A stretch of 64,000 nt of DNA, taken from Carcharhinus longimanus (Eukaryota). Positions 53,501 to 64,000 of the stretch are shown here, piece after piece (the stretch's first letter is position 1; each line of letters opens with the position of its first letter). Both the position numbers and the translations under genes were made by a program. The DNA lies in the NCBI GenBank assembly GCA_030264375.1, contig JASCQW010000119.1:6307612-6371611 (forward strand), written 5' to 3'. The notes beneath the pieces are model-generated. The model searched no databases and was not told the DNA's origin. It was given only the letters and a program-made list of their open reading frames with translations.

Positions 53501-54056
53501 AGTTCACTTTGAAATGTGGTTGATGCTGTTTCTTCTTTTGTTCGCAAATCATAGTATTTTCTGCTTTGTTGCTGGCTGAAGTGGAACAACATTTTTTTTC
53601 CCCAGCACTAGCATTCACCTTTATTCCTGTTTGTTACCTCTGCACTCTGCTTCAATCCATCCCCTGACAATATTGACTGAATCCATCCCAATTCTCCAGT
53701 GCCGTTGTTTCAGCTAAACGCCGGCTAATCAGGTGATGTACGAGTTGGAACAGATCCTTCAGTCTCCAGTGACTGTGATGTCATGGTTCTTACCACGTTG
53801 CAGCTTCTCCACTTGTTCATCTGTAATAAAACAAGGACAAACATTTTGGATTAATAACAGCAACTTCTGGAAAAAGAACATCATGCCTAGTTTTATATGA
53901 CAAGATTGAAATATATATATAGCATTTTGTTGCACTTTCCTCAGAATTGGACAATATTACGATAACATTAGCGGAACCCAGGTCGCAGTGATAACCATCG
54001 ACGGTGGTATGCACTGAAATGCTAAAATAACAGGGAGCGGATTGTGAATTCACATT

Positions 54057-57000
54057 GGGCCCCCTTTTACCATTTGCATTCTAAGTTCTGGGCGGACTTG
54101 AAACTGGGTTTGCTCCAGATCCGACCTTTTGGCTCGTTCTGAGGCGCCCCCATACACAGTCTGCCTGCAAAAATATCAGCGATTCCAAATCGCGCTATAC
54201 AAAGCTTTGGGCGGGGCTCTGCGCCCCAGAAACACTGCAGGTGCGATTGGAACTTCGAAATGCCATGCAAAAAGATTTTATATAATGCTCCCATCTCCTC
54301 CCCTGCCACACCCCTCCCGGGCCGGATAATGCCACCCTCCACAATTTGTCCTGCTCCCATAAAATTGCTGAGACCTTATCCCTTCACATATCAAACATAC
54401 AGACTGATCGTGACGCCCTTCTCCACTTCCCTCCGCTGATCTCATGCAGAGTGGCAGCGGGCCCCCATTGCCCCCCCTCCCCCTGATTTCAGACAGGAGG
54501 GCGGTGACCTCACTTCCTCTCCACTGATCTGAGGCAGAGCGGCTGNNNNNNNNNNNNNNNNNNNNNNNNNNNNNNNNNNNNNNNNNNNNNNNNNNNNNNN
54601 NNNNNNNNNNNNNNNNNNNNNNNNNNNNNNNNNNNNNNNNNNNNNNNNNNNNNNNNNNNNNNNNNNNNNNNNNNNNNNNNNNNNNNNNNNNNNNNNNNNN
54701 NNNNNNNNNNNNNNNNNNNNNNNNNNNNNNNNNNNNNNNNNNNNNNNNNNNNNNNNNNNNNNNNNNNNNNNNNNNNNNNNNNNNNNNNNNNNNNNNNNNN
54801 NNNNNNNNNNNNNNNNNNNNNNNNNNNNNNNNNNNNNNNNNNNNNNNNNNNNNNNNNNNNNNNNNNNNNNNNNNNNNNNNNNNNNNNNNNNNNNNNNNNN
54901 NNNNNNNNNNNNNNNNNNNNNNNNNNNNNNNNNNNNNNNNNNNNNNNNNNNNNNNNCCCCCCCTCTCCCCCCCCGCCGCCACAGATCTCAGGTAGAGATC
55001 CGTCCTCCTTCTTCCCCCACCAACCTCATGCACAGTGTACTCCGCCACCACCCCGGACCATTCTGCACAAAGCCACCATCTCCTCCCCAATTCGATGGCT
55101 GTATGACACCTCCCTCACTCCCCCCTGTCCCCAATCACTCCCTCCCCCGCTAGCACACCTTCAAGTGCTGACGTGCACTCCCCTCAATGCTTACAAGCAA
55201 AATGCATCTACAATGCTGAAATGTGCTGCCAAACTACTTGCAGCTGATCAGCCCTAACGAGGGGCAGTTCCATTAAAATAAAACAAGGATGCTCAAGGAG
55301 GCAGACAGTGTAGAGAGAGAGAGAAAAAAAACGGCCAGCCCGTGAGGCCAACTGAGGCCAACCTGTGGAGGCTGCTGGATGCGCAGGGGCAAGTTGGGAC
55401 ACACTCTTCCTCCCAGGAACGCGCAGGCCTAGGGAGGCTGGTGATTTGGGAGGCAGTCTGCACCTTGGTTAGTGCCATGGCACTGACTCCGAAAAGAGGG
55501 AAACAGGAGCATTGAAGGTGATCCCCATCTCACATCTTCCCTCAAATCGTCCCCAGACCCTTCCATCCCCAGCCTGTATGCTTCCTACCACTGGCCCCCA
55601 AACACCACCTTCCTACACCGCCCCCTCCCTCAAAAGTAAATTGGCTAGCATTCTAAGAGCCACTTTGCAGGAGTCGCGCCATCTTTTGTTTCATTGCTCC
55701 TTGTGTCTCCACAGGAGAAGACCGCCCAAAACAGCAGAGAGAGGGCGATGACAGGGAGTGGTGAGCCGGACCTTTGGTCCTCACCTCCTTTGAAGATTGG
55801 GCGTCTGATCAATTTGAAGCACCTTCTTGGGGGTATCAGTTTTGGGTGCGCGGGCATTGTTTAAAGGAGATGTACGAGGCATGTTTACTTGCATAGAGAG
55901 GGCAATGGGCGCCTGGAGCTCACTGTGAAGGGACGTCGCGGAGGCAGAAACCAGAGACACTTTTAAGGAGTGTTTTTACAGCTCCGTGAACGGAATGGAA
56001 ATGGAGGCATATGGTCCGCGGAAAGGTAAGGTGTTATAATTCAGATGGGCAGCCTGGTCGCTGCAGGCTTGGATACCTGACGGGCCTGATGAAGTAATAT
56101 AATATTCTTCGTGCTTTGTTCTATATTCAGTGGAGAAATGTGAATCACATTTGTGCATTCCGGATTCCTCTCCTTCCCTTACACTTGTGTCTTGTGTTGC
56201 AGAGGCAGATCCGGGCTCCACGGGACCATCCAGCACCGTGGCCCCGCTACGGCGCCTGCCCATCCTGATTCAGAGAGGTTGGGTACATCCTCGGAAGAAG
56301 AGACTTCTAAGGGTGCTGTTTTTTTTTGGTGCCAGCTTCCACCTCACCAGCACAGATACTGGCATGATGGTGTGTCCAGTTAGTTGCGAGGCTTCTGAGT
56401 AACTTTCTGGTGAGTACGACAGATCTGATAACGTGCATGAGCTGGAGCAAAGAACATACCATGCGTCTGACCCGCGGGTGCCTGCCAGTGGCGAGGACTC
56501 AGCAGGCTTCAGGCGAAATGTTGCGCTCTGAGACCATTGTTTCATCAGCTGTTGGAGGTGCAGCAACAAAGTCAGGGAATGCATGGGGGCGCTGACGGTC
56601 GCAATGTTACAGCTGCAAGGCTGTTGGGAGGAATCGGAAAGCTTTCAGGCGGAGCAGATACTCTCTGTCTTTCGTGGTTCCCAGGCCAACAGTGCAAAGG
56701 TGGCCTCTGTGATGGAAGTTCTGGGGTAGGGAATCGTCAGCATGAGTGCCAGGCTGCAAACGATGACCATGTCCATAACAGACCACAAGATTCTCAGAGA
56801 GCCGCGCCGAGATAAAGTGGGCGACAGCTGAGGGGCTGAACACATTTCTTTAGGTCCTGCGGCCCATGGCTGAGAGGCTCCAGAGCTTACCGGAGATCCA
56901 GAGGGACAACACTGGGACAGAAAGAGCTACAGCATCAGATCTTGTGAACGTGGCCCAGTTGCAGAGTGTCATGGCTGAAGGTGCAGGGCGTGGCCCAGTT

Positions 57001-57480
57001 TCAGAGGTCACTTGCTGCCGCCATTGACAAGTGGCCTCCGACTCAAGTGGCCATATCAGAGGCCTCAACCTACCTGGGAAGGATGCAGGTGGCCCTCCAG
57101 AAGTGGCGGGGCCAGGAGACCCGGAGCTTCTGGAGCTCATTGTGGATTGTCGCTCCGTCCCACACAGTTATATAGGTGCCCACAGGAATCCCAAGGGAAG
57201 AGAAAGTGGTGGAGCCCAGGCCAGAGCTTTCAATAGGAAACTGTGGTGTGGTTACACTACCTGACATCCCCCTCTCTGACACTGGGGCATATCAGGGGCA
57301 GCGGGGTGAAGAAGGTCTCATGGAAATGTCCCAGGCACCTGGAAGACAGTCAGGGCCTTAATGTTGAGGGCCTCCAGAGAACACACGCCACGCGCATCAT
57401 AGCCAATGGGACGAGATAGGCAGTTGCTCTCCTTCACCATCGGTGTACATTCTGGGGATAAACTGAGATGTAGTTGAAAT
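54057..57480 (+). mobile_element. Harbinger-family element relic carrying the Myb/SANT-like gene
   Basis: ANLWRLLDA..DTLF..WEAVCTLVSAMALT (55330-55520); second exon EKTAQNSRERAMTGSGEP (about 55715); GC-rich low-complexity downstream region; GGGC..TTTTACC TIR-like start. Confidence 0.6.
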
Positions 57481-58415
57481 GGTGTCATGGGGAGCAGATC
57501 GTAGATAGAAGAGACTATTTGTGTTATCCTCTGCAATAACCTTAATATAAGGCAATAAATTATTTTAGTTTATGCCCGTGAAATACTAATGAACACAACT
57601 GATTCCTCTCACTTTGTAATTTGATGCAGTAGTCAACTTAGTATTTTATTTGTTAAACAGAAGTAAGGCTTACATTAACGCAACAATGGAGTTATTGTGA
57701 AAATCCCATAGTTGCCACAGCCCAGCGTCTGTTCAGGTCAATGCACCAAGTCGGTTTGTCTTTCATAATCGAAATACTTCAAAATTGACTAGAGTAAGAA
57801 TGAAGGAGAATCGGAATGAAACCTAAACATTCTAACATGACAAGTGGGATATGAGTGAAACTTTCTGCCCAGCTGGTGACATAATCGCAGCATAAGGGAA
57901 AGGCCATTTCAACTGAGATAAGGAGGAATTGCTTCACTCTGAAATTCACAATGGTAAAAAAAATGGAAATCGTTGCCATGGACAGTTGTGCAGTCTAAAT
58001 CATTGAGTACGTTCAGAACACAATTCAATGCGTGTCTGGATGCTAGTGAAACCAATGGCAATGGAATGGGGGCATGGGCATTTTTAAGCTAGATGCGCCA
58101 GTATTAACTATTCAAATTGTGGAACAACATTTGTTGGCGGAATAGCCTTCTCTTTGACATTTGATAAAATTTCCACTGAAATAAGTACAGAAGCATTTTA
58201 GTTCCCCTGTTCTTTCACCAGCTTCATACGTTGCCATAGTTTTGAAACCGCAAGATTGCCTATTTAAAAAATATCTCTTGAAAGTTTGCACATATGCGCG
58301 ATTTTAAGACACAACAGCGTGAATACTTATAGTAAGTTTCAGTTCATTTCGATAGTATTTTATGATTAACTCATAAAAATGTTTTAGACATCTGTTAGAA
58401 CATGAGCAGACTTAC

Positions 58416-58442
58416 CTTTGATTCCACCCTTCTTCTTTAGTT
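58416..58442 (-). CDS. 27-nt micro-exon (ELKKKGGIK)
   Basis: ttggatttag|...AAG|gtaagt, phase 1/1, open. Confidence 0.75.
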
Positions 58443-58630
58443 CTAAATCCAACATATAGAGTTAATGCAACAAGTTGCAATGTTGGTAAGTTTAATGGTT
58501 GCGACTGTGGCAAATTTAAACAATCTTCCTTCCTCAGGTATGGAAACTATGTAATATATTGACTCGGATTATGTGGGTTGAAAAAAAAAGTCTATTCGAG
58601 TAAGAATGATTCTTCAAGTGTGGACGTTAC

Positions 58631-58657
58631 CCATTCCCGGCAGGGCAGGTGACAGAT
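58631..58657 (-). CDS. 27-nt micro-exon (DLSPALPGM)
   Basis: ttttgttttagtttgtttcctgtaacag|...TGG|gtaacg, phase 1/1, open. Confidence 0.65.
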
Positions 58658-59229
58658 CTGTTACAGGAAACAAACTAAAACAAAATGCTTTTGTATATCT
58701 AATACTCAGCAAAGAAAGGGATATTTAAAAATAATAATCATGTGAATTCTTCCATCATCGTATCATCATACTGATCATTGGATGAATTCTGTGTTCAGTA
58801 TAAGAACAACACATATCAGTATAAAACAATAGTTTTGAAGGGATACAGAATCGGTTATGTAGACATGGATAAATAGAGAATGCAAAAACAACCTAGCGGC
58901 AAATGAAAAAGAGGAAACATTTAAGAAAACAATTCAAAGATGTTGAACAAAACATTTTACAATTAAAAAAAACGATCATTTTGATAAAAAGTTGCTTACT
59001 CAAGAATTAATTATATTGTAAACTTAACATTAGGCATTTCTAAAGATTGTTTTAGAAATAAGCCGGAGAAGAATGTACACTGGAGAAGAAATGAGCGAAG
59101 TTTAGTGCACGCCTTTAATGAAGATGAAATCAGAGTGAAATTGTTTTCAAGAATGCTGGTTGAACAGGAGAACATCCAGAATATAGGTGATGTCTCAAGG
59201 ACACTACACAAAAAAAAAGCTTCGGGGTT

Positions 59230-59835
59230 CGAGTAATCTTGAGCTGGCCATGTTCGTGATAACAGGGGCGGAGGAGAGGGGAGGAGGGGACAACGGCATA
59301 GGAGGTGGCGAGCATCGAGAGACCACCACTAGAGCAGCCACCCACCAGTCCTCAGGAAGGAGGGCAAAGGGCTGCTGTTGAGGACAGGGAGGTGGGTGAG
59401 CAGCCTCCCGGGAGGGTGCACAGAAGACAGAGGATGCCGAGGTCAAGGGATCACAAGCTCTACGCTTCCTACAAGGCCCTCTCAGAGCAGATGAGCCATC
59501 GCCAGGGGCGTCTGTCAAAGACCACAATGCATCACATTTGTGAGGTGCTCTCCACATGCAACTTCGGGGGTGCAGTGGCTGCCCTCTCCCTGTGGATGTG
59601 AAGGTGACGGAGCCTCAATTTATATTCCTCTCCGTCATTCCAGACTTCCAGTGGCAAACTAGCTGGGATCTCCCAGGCCTCCTTGCACAATGTATGTGGC
59701 AGGTCTCAGATACCCTGAAAGCCCGGATAGGACAGTTCATTAATTTCGTTGTAGGTCATGCACAGCAGGAAGTCCGGGCTCTTGGCTTCGCAACTGTCGC
59801 CGGGATGTGCAGGGCACAGTGGATGGGAGTTCCAC
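59230..59835 (+). mobile_element. Harbinger transposase (HARBI1-like) N-terminal relic
   Basis: SYKALSEQ..RLSKTTMHHICEVL; PLPVDVKVT; QVSDTL..FINF..QQEVRALGFATVAG, with frameshifts. Confidence 0.75.
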
Positions 59836-60215
59836 ACACATGAGAACAGCCTGAATCGGGATCTTGCGTTCAGCTCACACTATCTGTAACCCCCACGACC
59901 TATCTGGGCTTGAAAAATCTCACTAACTCTCCTGACTGGAGACAATACACATTTCTTTAAACTTTGCTTATCCCCTTCTCCATTCACATTGTCTCTACCT
60001 TTCAGTGTTGATTACCTGTAAAGATTCACATTGCAACCATAATTTTGCAAATTGAGTTTGTGTCTTTATATGCCCTGTTTGTGGACAGAACTTCCACTCA
60101 CTTGATGAAGGAGCATCGTTCTGAAAGCTTGTGGCTTGTGCTACCAAATAGGCCTGTTGGTCTTTAATCTGGTCTTATTGTGCTTACACCGGTCCAATAC
60201 CGGCACTTCTACATC
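59836..60215 (+). mobile_element. Penelope-like element 3' terminal repeat, with a decayed hammerhead motif at about 60094-60134
   Basis: Colinear by eye with 36450-36820 (cacacatgag..cgggatcttg..ggagacaatacac..ccactcacttgatgaaggagc..gaaagc). Confidence 0.8.
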
Positions 60216-60520
60216 AGGCACATTGGCAGGCGTAGGAGGCTGATGACCGACATTTTTTTATCACGTCGTGAAAATACCTGCTGGCCTTAAAATCCTGAAG
60301 ATATTCTTGAATGCATAGTTTATTTTTTTTTCTTGCCCAGCGGCAGGAAAATAACGACACACTGCCTCCCCCTGGTTTCTAAGGATTCACTTAAAAAGTC
60401 TCTAGCAATTGCAATTGAATATTTGGTTATGAAAATATTTCTGATGAGGAAAGGGAAAAGGAACGGTGCACACAAACAGAAAATTAATGTTGTCGAATTG
60501 AAATTCATTCGCTTCCTTAC

Positions 60521-60547
60521 CTTCTTGATCTGAGGTCATTTTTCGTT
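60521..60547 (-). CDS. 27-nt micro-exon (ERKMTSDQE)
   Basis: ttcataatcatcttag|...AAG|gtaagg, phase 1/1, open. Confidence 0.75.
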
Positions 60548-61219
60548 CTAAGATGATTATGAATAATACTTTAGATACATCAGTCTTTTTTGCAGCCTTT
60601 TTTTAAACAAAATACAACATTACTTTTTTACGAACAGAATCAAATTGACACCGTCTTTTTGCAATTATGTAGATCCCCAGACACTTTGTAAAATGTTTGC
60701 ATTCTAAAAAAAATGCTTCAACGATGAATGAAAGGGACACAGTCGCGATAATCTGTACAGAATACCTGTGATTGGGTCTGAGATAACTCAGGCCATTGTT
60801 CCCATAGGCCAGTAATTAATAGCTGTGTGTGTCGAGGGACCCAGTTCCGGTAAACGAACATGTTTGAGAGTTGTGAACTTGAAAGGAATGATGACAATTG
60901 TTTGGGGATAAGAACACGTTTGTATTCAGATGCCCATTTAAAAATCGATCCGTTGCTTTATCGGGAACAAGTGTAAGACAGCGACCGAGGGAAGATCTTT
61001 AAATAGAACTTGGTGCACGCTAAGCTTCGGGCCTTCTGGTTTAGATCGTAGAACATTACAGACCAAATAGGAGTTGTCATATTCAATTCTGGGATTGTAA
61101 AAAACGAAGAGACAATGTGCCTGAAACAAATGAATGGACACAGATTCCAAGGTCGACGATATGCGAATGGGAATGTCTTAACATTTGAACAAAATTATTC
61201 CAGTTAGCAGCTTCCTTAC

Positions 61220-61234
61220 TGGTTCTACACTGAG
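61220..61234 (-). CDS. Candidate 15-nt micro-exon (AQCRT)
   Basis: catcctttgtttgtatag|...CCA|gtaagg, phase 1/1. Confidence 0.3.
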
Positions 61235-61984
61235 CTATACAAACAAAGGATGGTTGATATTATTTAATCGACGTATCTTCAGAAAAGATATGTAAAGATT
61301 TTGCATATGAAGAGTGAGTTTTGAAATTGCGCATGGAGCAACCACAACTACGATCGGTGCAATGTTTGACAGAGACGGACGTAAAGGTATGTGGAAAGAT
61401 CATGCCTAATTTCCACGAAAGGTCAATAAGAAGAACCGAACCTAACGTTTTCTATGCAGTAACAACATGTCAATCTGCATGATGCATTCATTTTTCTGGA
61501 TAGGAAACCAAATGAAATGGTTCCACTGCCGTGTGCACCAATGCAATAGTGCGTGTTTTGCAAAATATACTTCCTTTCATCTTATTAAATACAGTTGGGT
61601 CACTAGAATATTTTACACTTAAGGAATAGTAACCCTGCCTCTTTTTTTCCATCAGTCCTCAAAATTGATTTTTTTAAGCTCCCCATTCGTATTTTTTTGT
61701 TCAGTGATGATGGCTGGAATATGAAATCGTCTACTGCTCAAACGCCGGCACTGTGGAGGCAAATTTGACACCGATATTGAGTTATTTTACTGATATGAGG
61801 TAACTAAACGCACTGGGATAAACTCAAAATAATTTAGCATGCAGCGTCGATATTGTCAATGTCCAATGTAAACACCTTTTTTCTTTGGGCCACAAGCCGT
61901 CAAAGTATTGCTGTGACAAAAACGTGAAATAATAATCAAAATATGAACCAATACGCAAGACGCTGAAGTGCTCCCCGTGCTCAC

Positions 61985-62020
61985 CAGAATCTTGAAGCTT
62001 CTTCCTCAGCTTTTCCAGTT
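61985..62020 (-). CDS. 36-nt micro-exon (ELEKLRKKLQDS)
   Basis: ttcccccataag|...CTG|gtgagc, phase 1/1. Shares AAGCTTCAAGAT with the 28050-28085 exon. Confidence 0.8.
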
Positions 62021-62328
62021 CTTATGGGGGAATGGCGGGTGGTTATGTTGGGGAGGAGGTGTTGATGTGGCGTGGGTGAGTGAACAAAAGACAAACGTTA
62101 ATATTTACGACTGCACATGGAAAATATTTTTCTCGATTCAACCAATGGTAATGCGGCAGAAAATTATCTCCACTGTAGCGCAAAGAGGCTGGTTTTGATT
62201 TCGTATCTGGCTGAACATCCTGCCCGAATATCTGTTCAATAATATTTAACGGATGGCCACGATTACAAGACATGATGTAACGATGCTCGAATACTAGCCT
62301 AAGGAAAGAACAAATTATTTATTTTTAC

Positions 62329-62355
62329 CTGTCACAACTTTATAGAGGCTGGTGT
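62329..62355 (-). CDS. Candidate 27-nt micro-exon (DTSLYKVVT)
   Basis: tag|...CAG|gtaaaa, phase 1/1, open, but the polypyrimidine tract is weak. Confidence 0.3.
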
Positions 62356-63040
62356 CTACCTGGTTACAGTCATCACCCAAGGTGACACTGTACAGAAGCC
62401 CACCCTTACCGTTATGAACCACAATATGTTCCCAATTTGGCAGCCACTTTAATATTCAATCTTAATCTATAAGCATGTGGAATGTCCTGTCTAGTGTCAA
62501 TGCAGGATCTACTGATAGTGCACATTACGGGAATTAAAGGAGCTGGAAAATGCTCAATTCTTCCAATTACTTTAGTTCAGCATTTATTTTCTCGCATAAA
62601 ACATATAAATCTAGTATTATCCTAAATTTTCGAGGGATTGCCTTTGGATCAACATACATGTTTCTTAGTGGGCCTTTATTTCATCCATGCAGACGCTCTT
62701 ATATTTCGTTGACGAAATATTTGCCACTAATAAATCAACAGATTTTCCATTTATGTGACAAATGTTCATTGATTTACTTCTATAATGATGTATTTCTTAT
62801 TGCACAGGAGAAAACATGTTCGAAAGTTCAAAGCCGTTCAAAGCCTTTTACACAAATATTTAGGTTTGTGGATATATTCCAGGACAATCACTTTGAAGGC
62901 GTGCAAAATGTATACAATTGGTTAAGGTGAAATGTGAAAGAGCAAACCAGTATCTGTGCACGCAATACAACACCAGCATGTAAATGAAAACGAAACATAA
63001 TTGCGAAAAAAGTTAGCTGATAAACGGTTGGTATAATTAC

Positions 63041-63067
63041 CTCTGTCTTTCTTGCCTATTTGTTGTT
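63041..63067 (-). CDS. 27-nt micro-exon (EQQIGKKDR)
   Basis: atattccttgtag|...GAG|gtaatt, phase 1/1, open. Confidence 0.7.
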
Positions 63068-63179
63068 CTACAAGGAATATTAGTGGATTAAAGCATCAAG
63101 ATAATCATTTAATGATCAACAAGCTTGACCTATTTCTTATCAGAGAACAATATGTTGGGTTGCCATCTGCGAATCATCC

Positions 63180-63360
63180 AACTAACCATTCATGCATACA
63201 TGCATCCATCCATCCATTCATCTACCCATCTGCCCATCCGACCATCCTGCTGTCCGCCCGTCTGTCCATCCCTCCATCCCTCCGTCCCTCGGCCCGTCCG
63301 TCCGTCTGTCCGTCTCTCCGTCCGTCCATCCACCTCGTTCTCTCTCCATTTATTCATCTC
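63180..63360 (+). repeat. Degenerate (CCAT)n/(CCGT)n microsatellite
   Basis: Tetranucleotide repeats visible directly. Confidence 0.85.
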
Positions 63361-64000
63361 TCCACCTTTTTTTAAATTTTAATAATGTTTGTTCTTTTCA
63401 TGCGACTGATCGCTTGGGAACAGAAATCCAAAACCTCAAAAACTACAGTGAGCTAAATATATAAAGAAACTGCTGTCATTTCAGAGATAATTGGATCACC
63501 GCTTATACTTAAACATTATCCCAAAATCTAAACTCTCCTATAGTGAAAAACCTCATTTTACTATACCCCCTGAAAGTTCTCCTCAAAGTCTGTTCTGTTT
63601 TATTCAGATTGACTTATTATTGTGCCTTCCAATTGACACAGCCTCAGGCTGTCCTCTCCCCTCCCCCTCCCCCCCGCCCCCCCTCCTCTCATTGTATTCA
63701 GGCTCCTGGATTACGGCCATTTGAAGCACAGGTCCACAAGTTACTACGCGTACAAAGACCGGTTAATTTCCTCAGAAAATGCGGCAAACACAAAGCACGT
63801 TTCTAGTCTTCAATTACCTTCTCACACCACAAATATTTTGCACATTCCTCTCTCCATTTTAATGAAATAAAAACAAGACAGGAAAAAACAGTGGCTTTAA
63901 GTTGAAAATGGTATTAACGAAGGTGATGCAAGAACTGCGAGATTGTAGCTATTATGAAAGAAGGAACTGTTTGTGACATGTATCTTCCGGACCTAGAGCC

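Noticed and set aside
53129-53663. Two 26-nt AG..GT segments (53129-53154 and 53638-53663)
   Set aside because: Not frame-preserving, with weak polypyrimidine tracts.
63818-63862. Possible exon KWREECAKYLWCEK
   Set aside because: No AG directly after the pyrimidine tract in a compatible phase, and the phase-1 reading has a stop.

Overview
This is eukaryotic genomic DNA from a gapped draft assembly, most likely a shark or other elasmobranch, judged from the abundant HE1-type tRNA/V-SINEs and CR1/HER1-type LINEs. Most ORFs in the six-frame track are noise or transposon relics. The main host feature is the 3' part of a minus-strand gene spread over about 42 kb (63067 down to 20796). It has at least 12 canonical AG..GT, phase-1/phase-1 micro-exons of exactly 27 or 36 nt encoding an E/K/L-rich, coiled-coil-like stalk. 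These splice in frame to an intact but divergent B30.2 (PRY/SPRY) terminal exon, a butyrophilin/BG-like architecture. The 5' end probably lies beyond the window. Other content: a decayed class-I endogenous retrovirus (gag-like, pol and env, minus strand, about 5750-11750) whose integrase is split by a Harbinger-type MITE; a Penelope-like element with inverted ends, an 11-bp TSD and minimal hammerhead-ribozyme motifs; Harbinger Myb and transposase relics; many CR1/L2-type LINE fragments; a decayed ~27-bp minisatellite; and a 2-kb purine tract. A candidate extra spliced exon pair lies downstream of the B30.2 exon. All gene models were read by eye and lack transcript evidence, and repeat boundaries are approximate.
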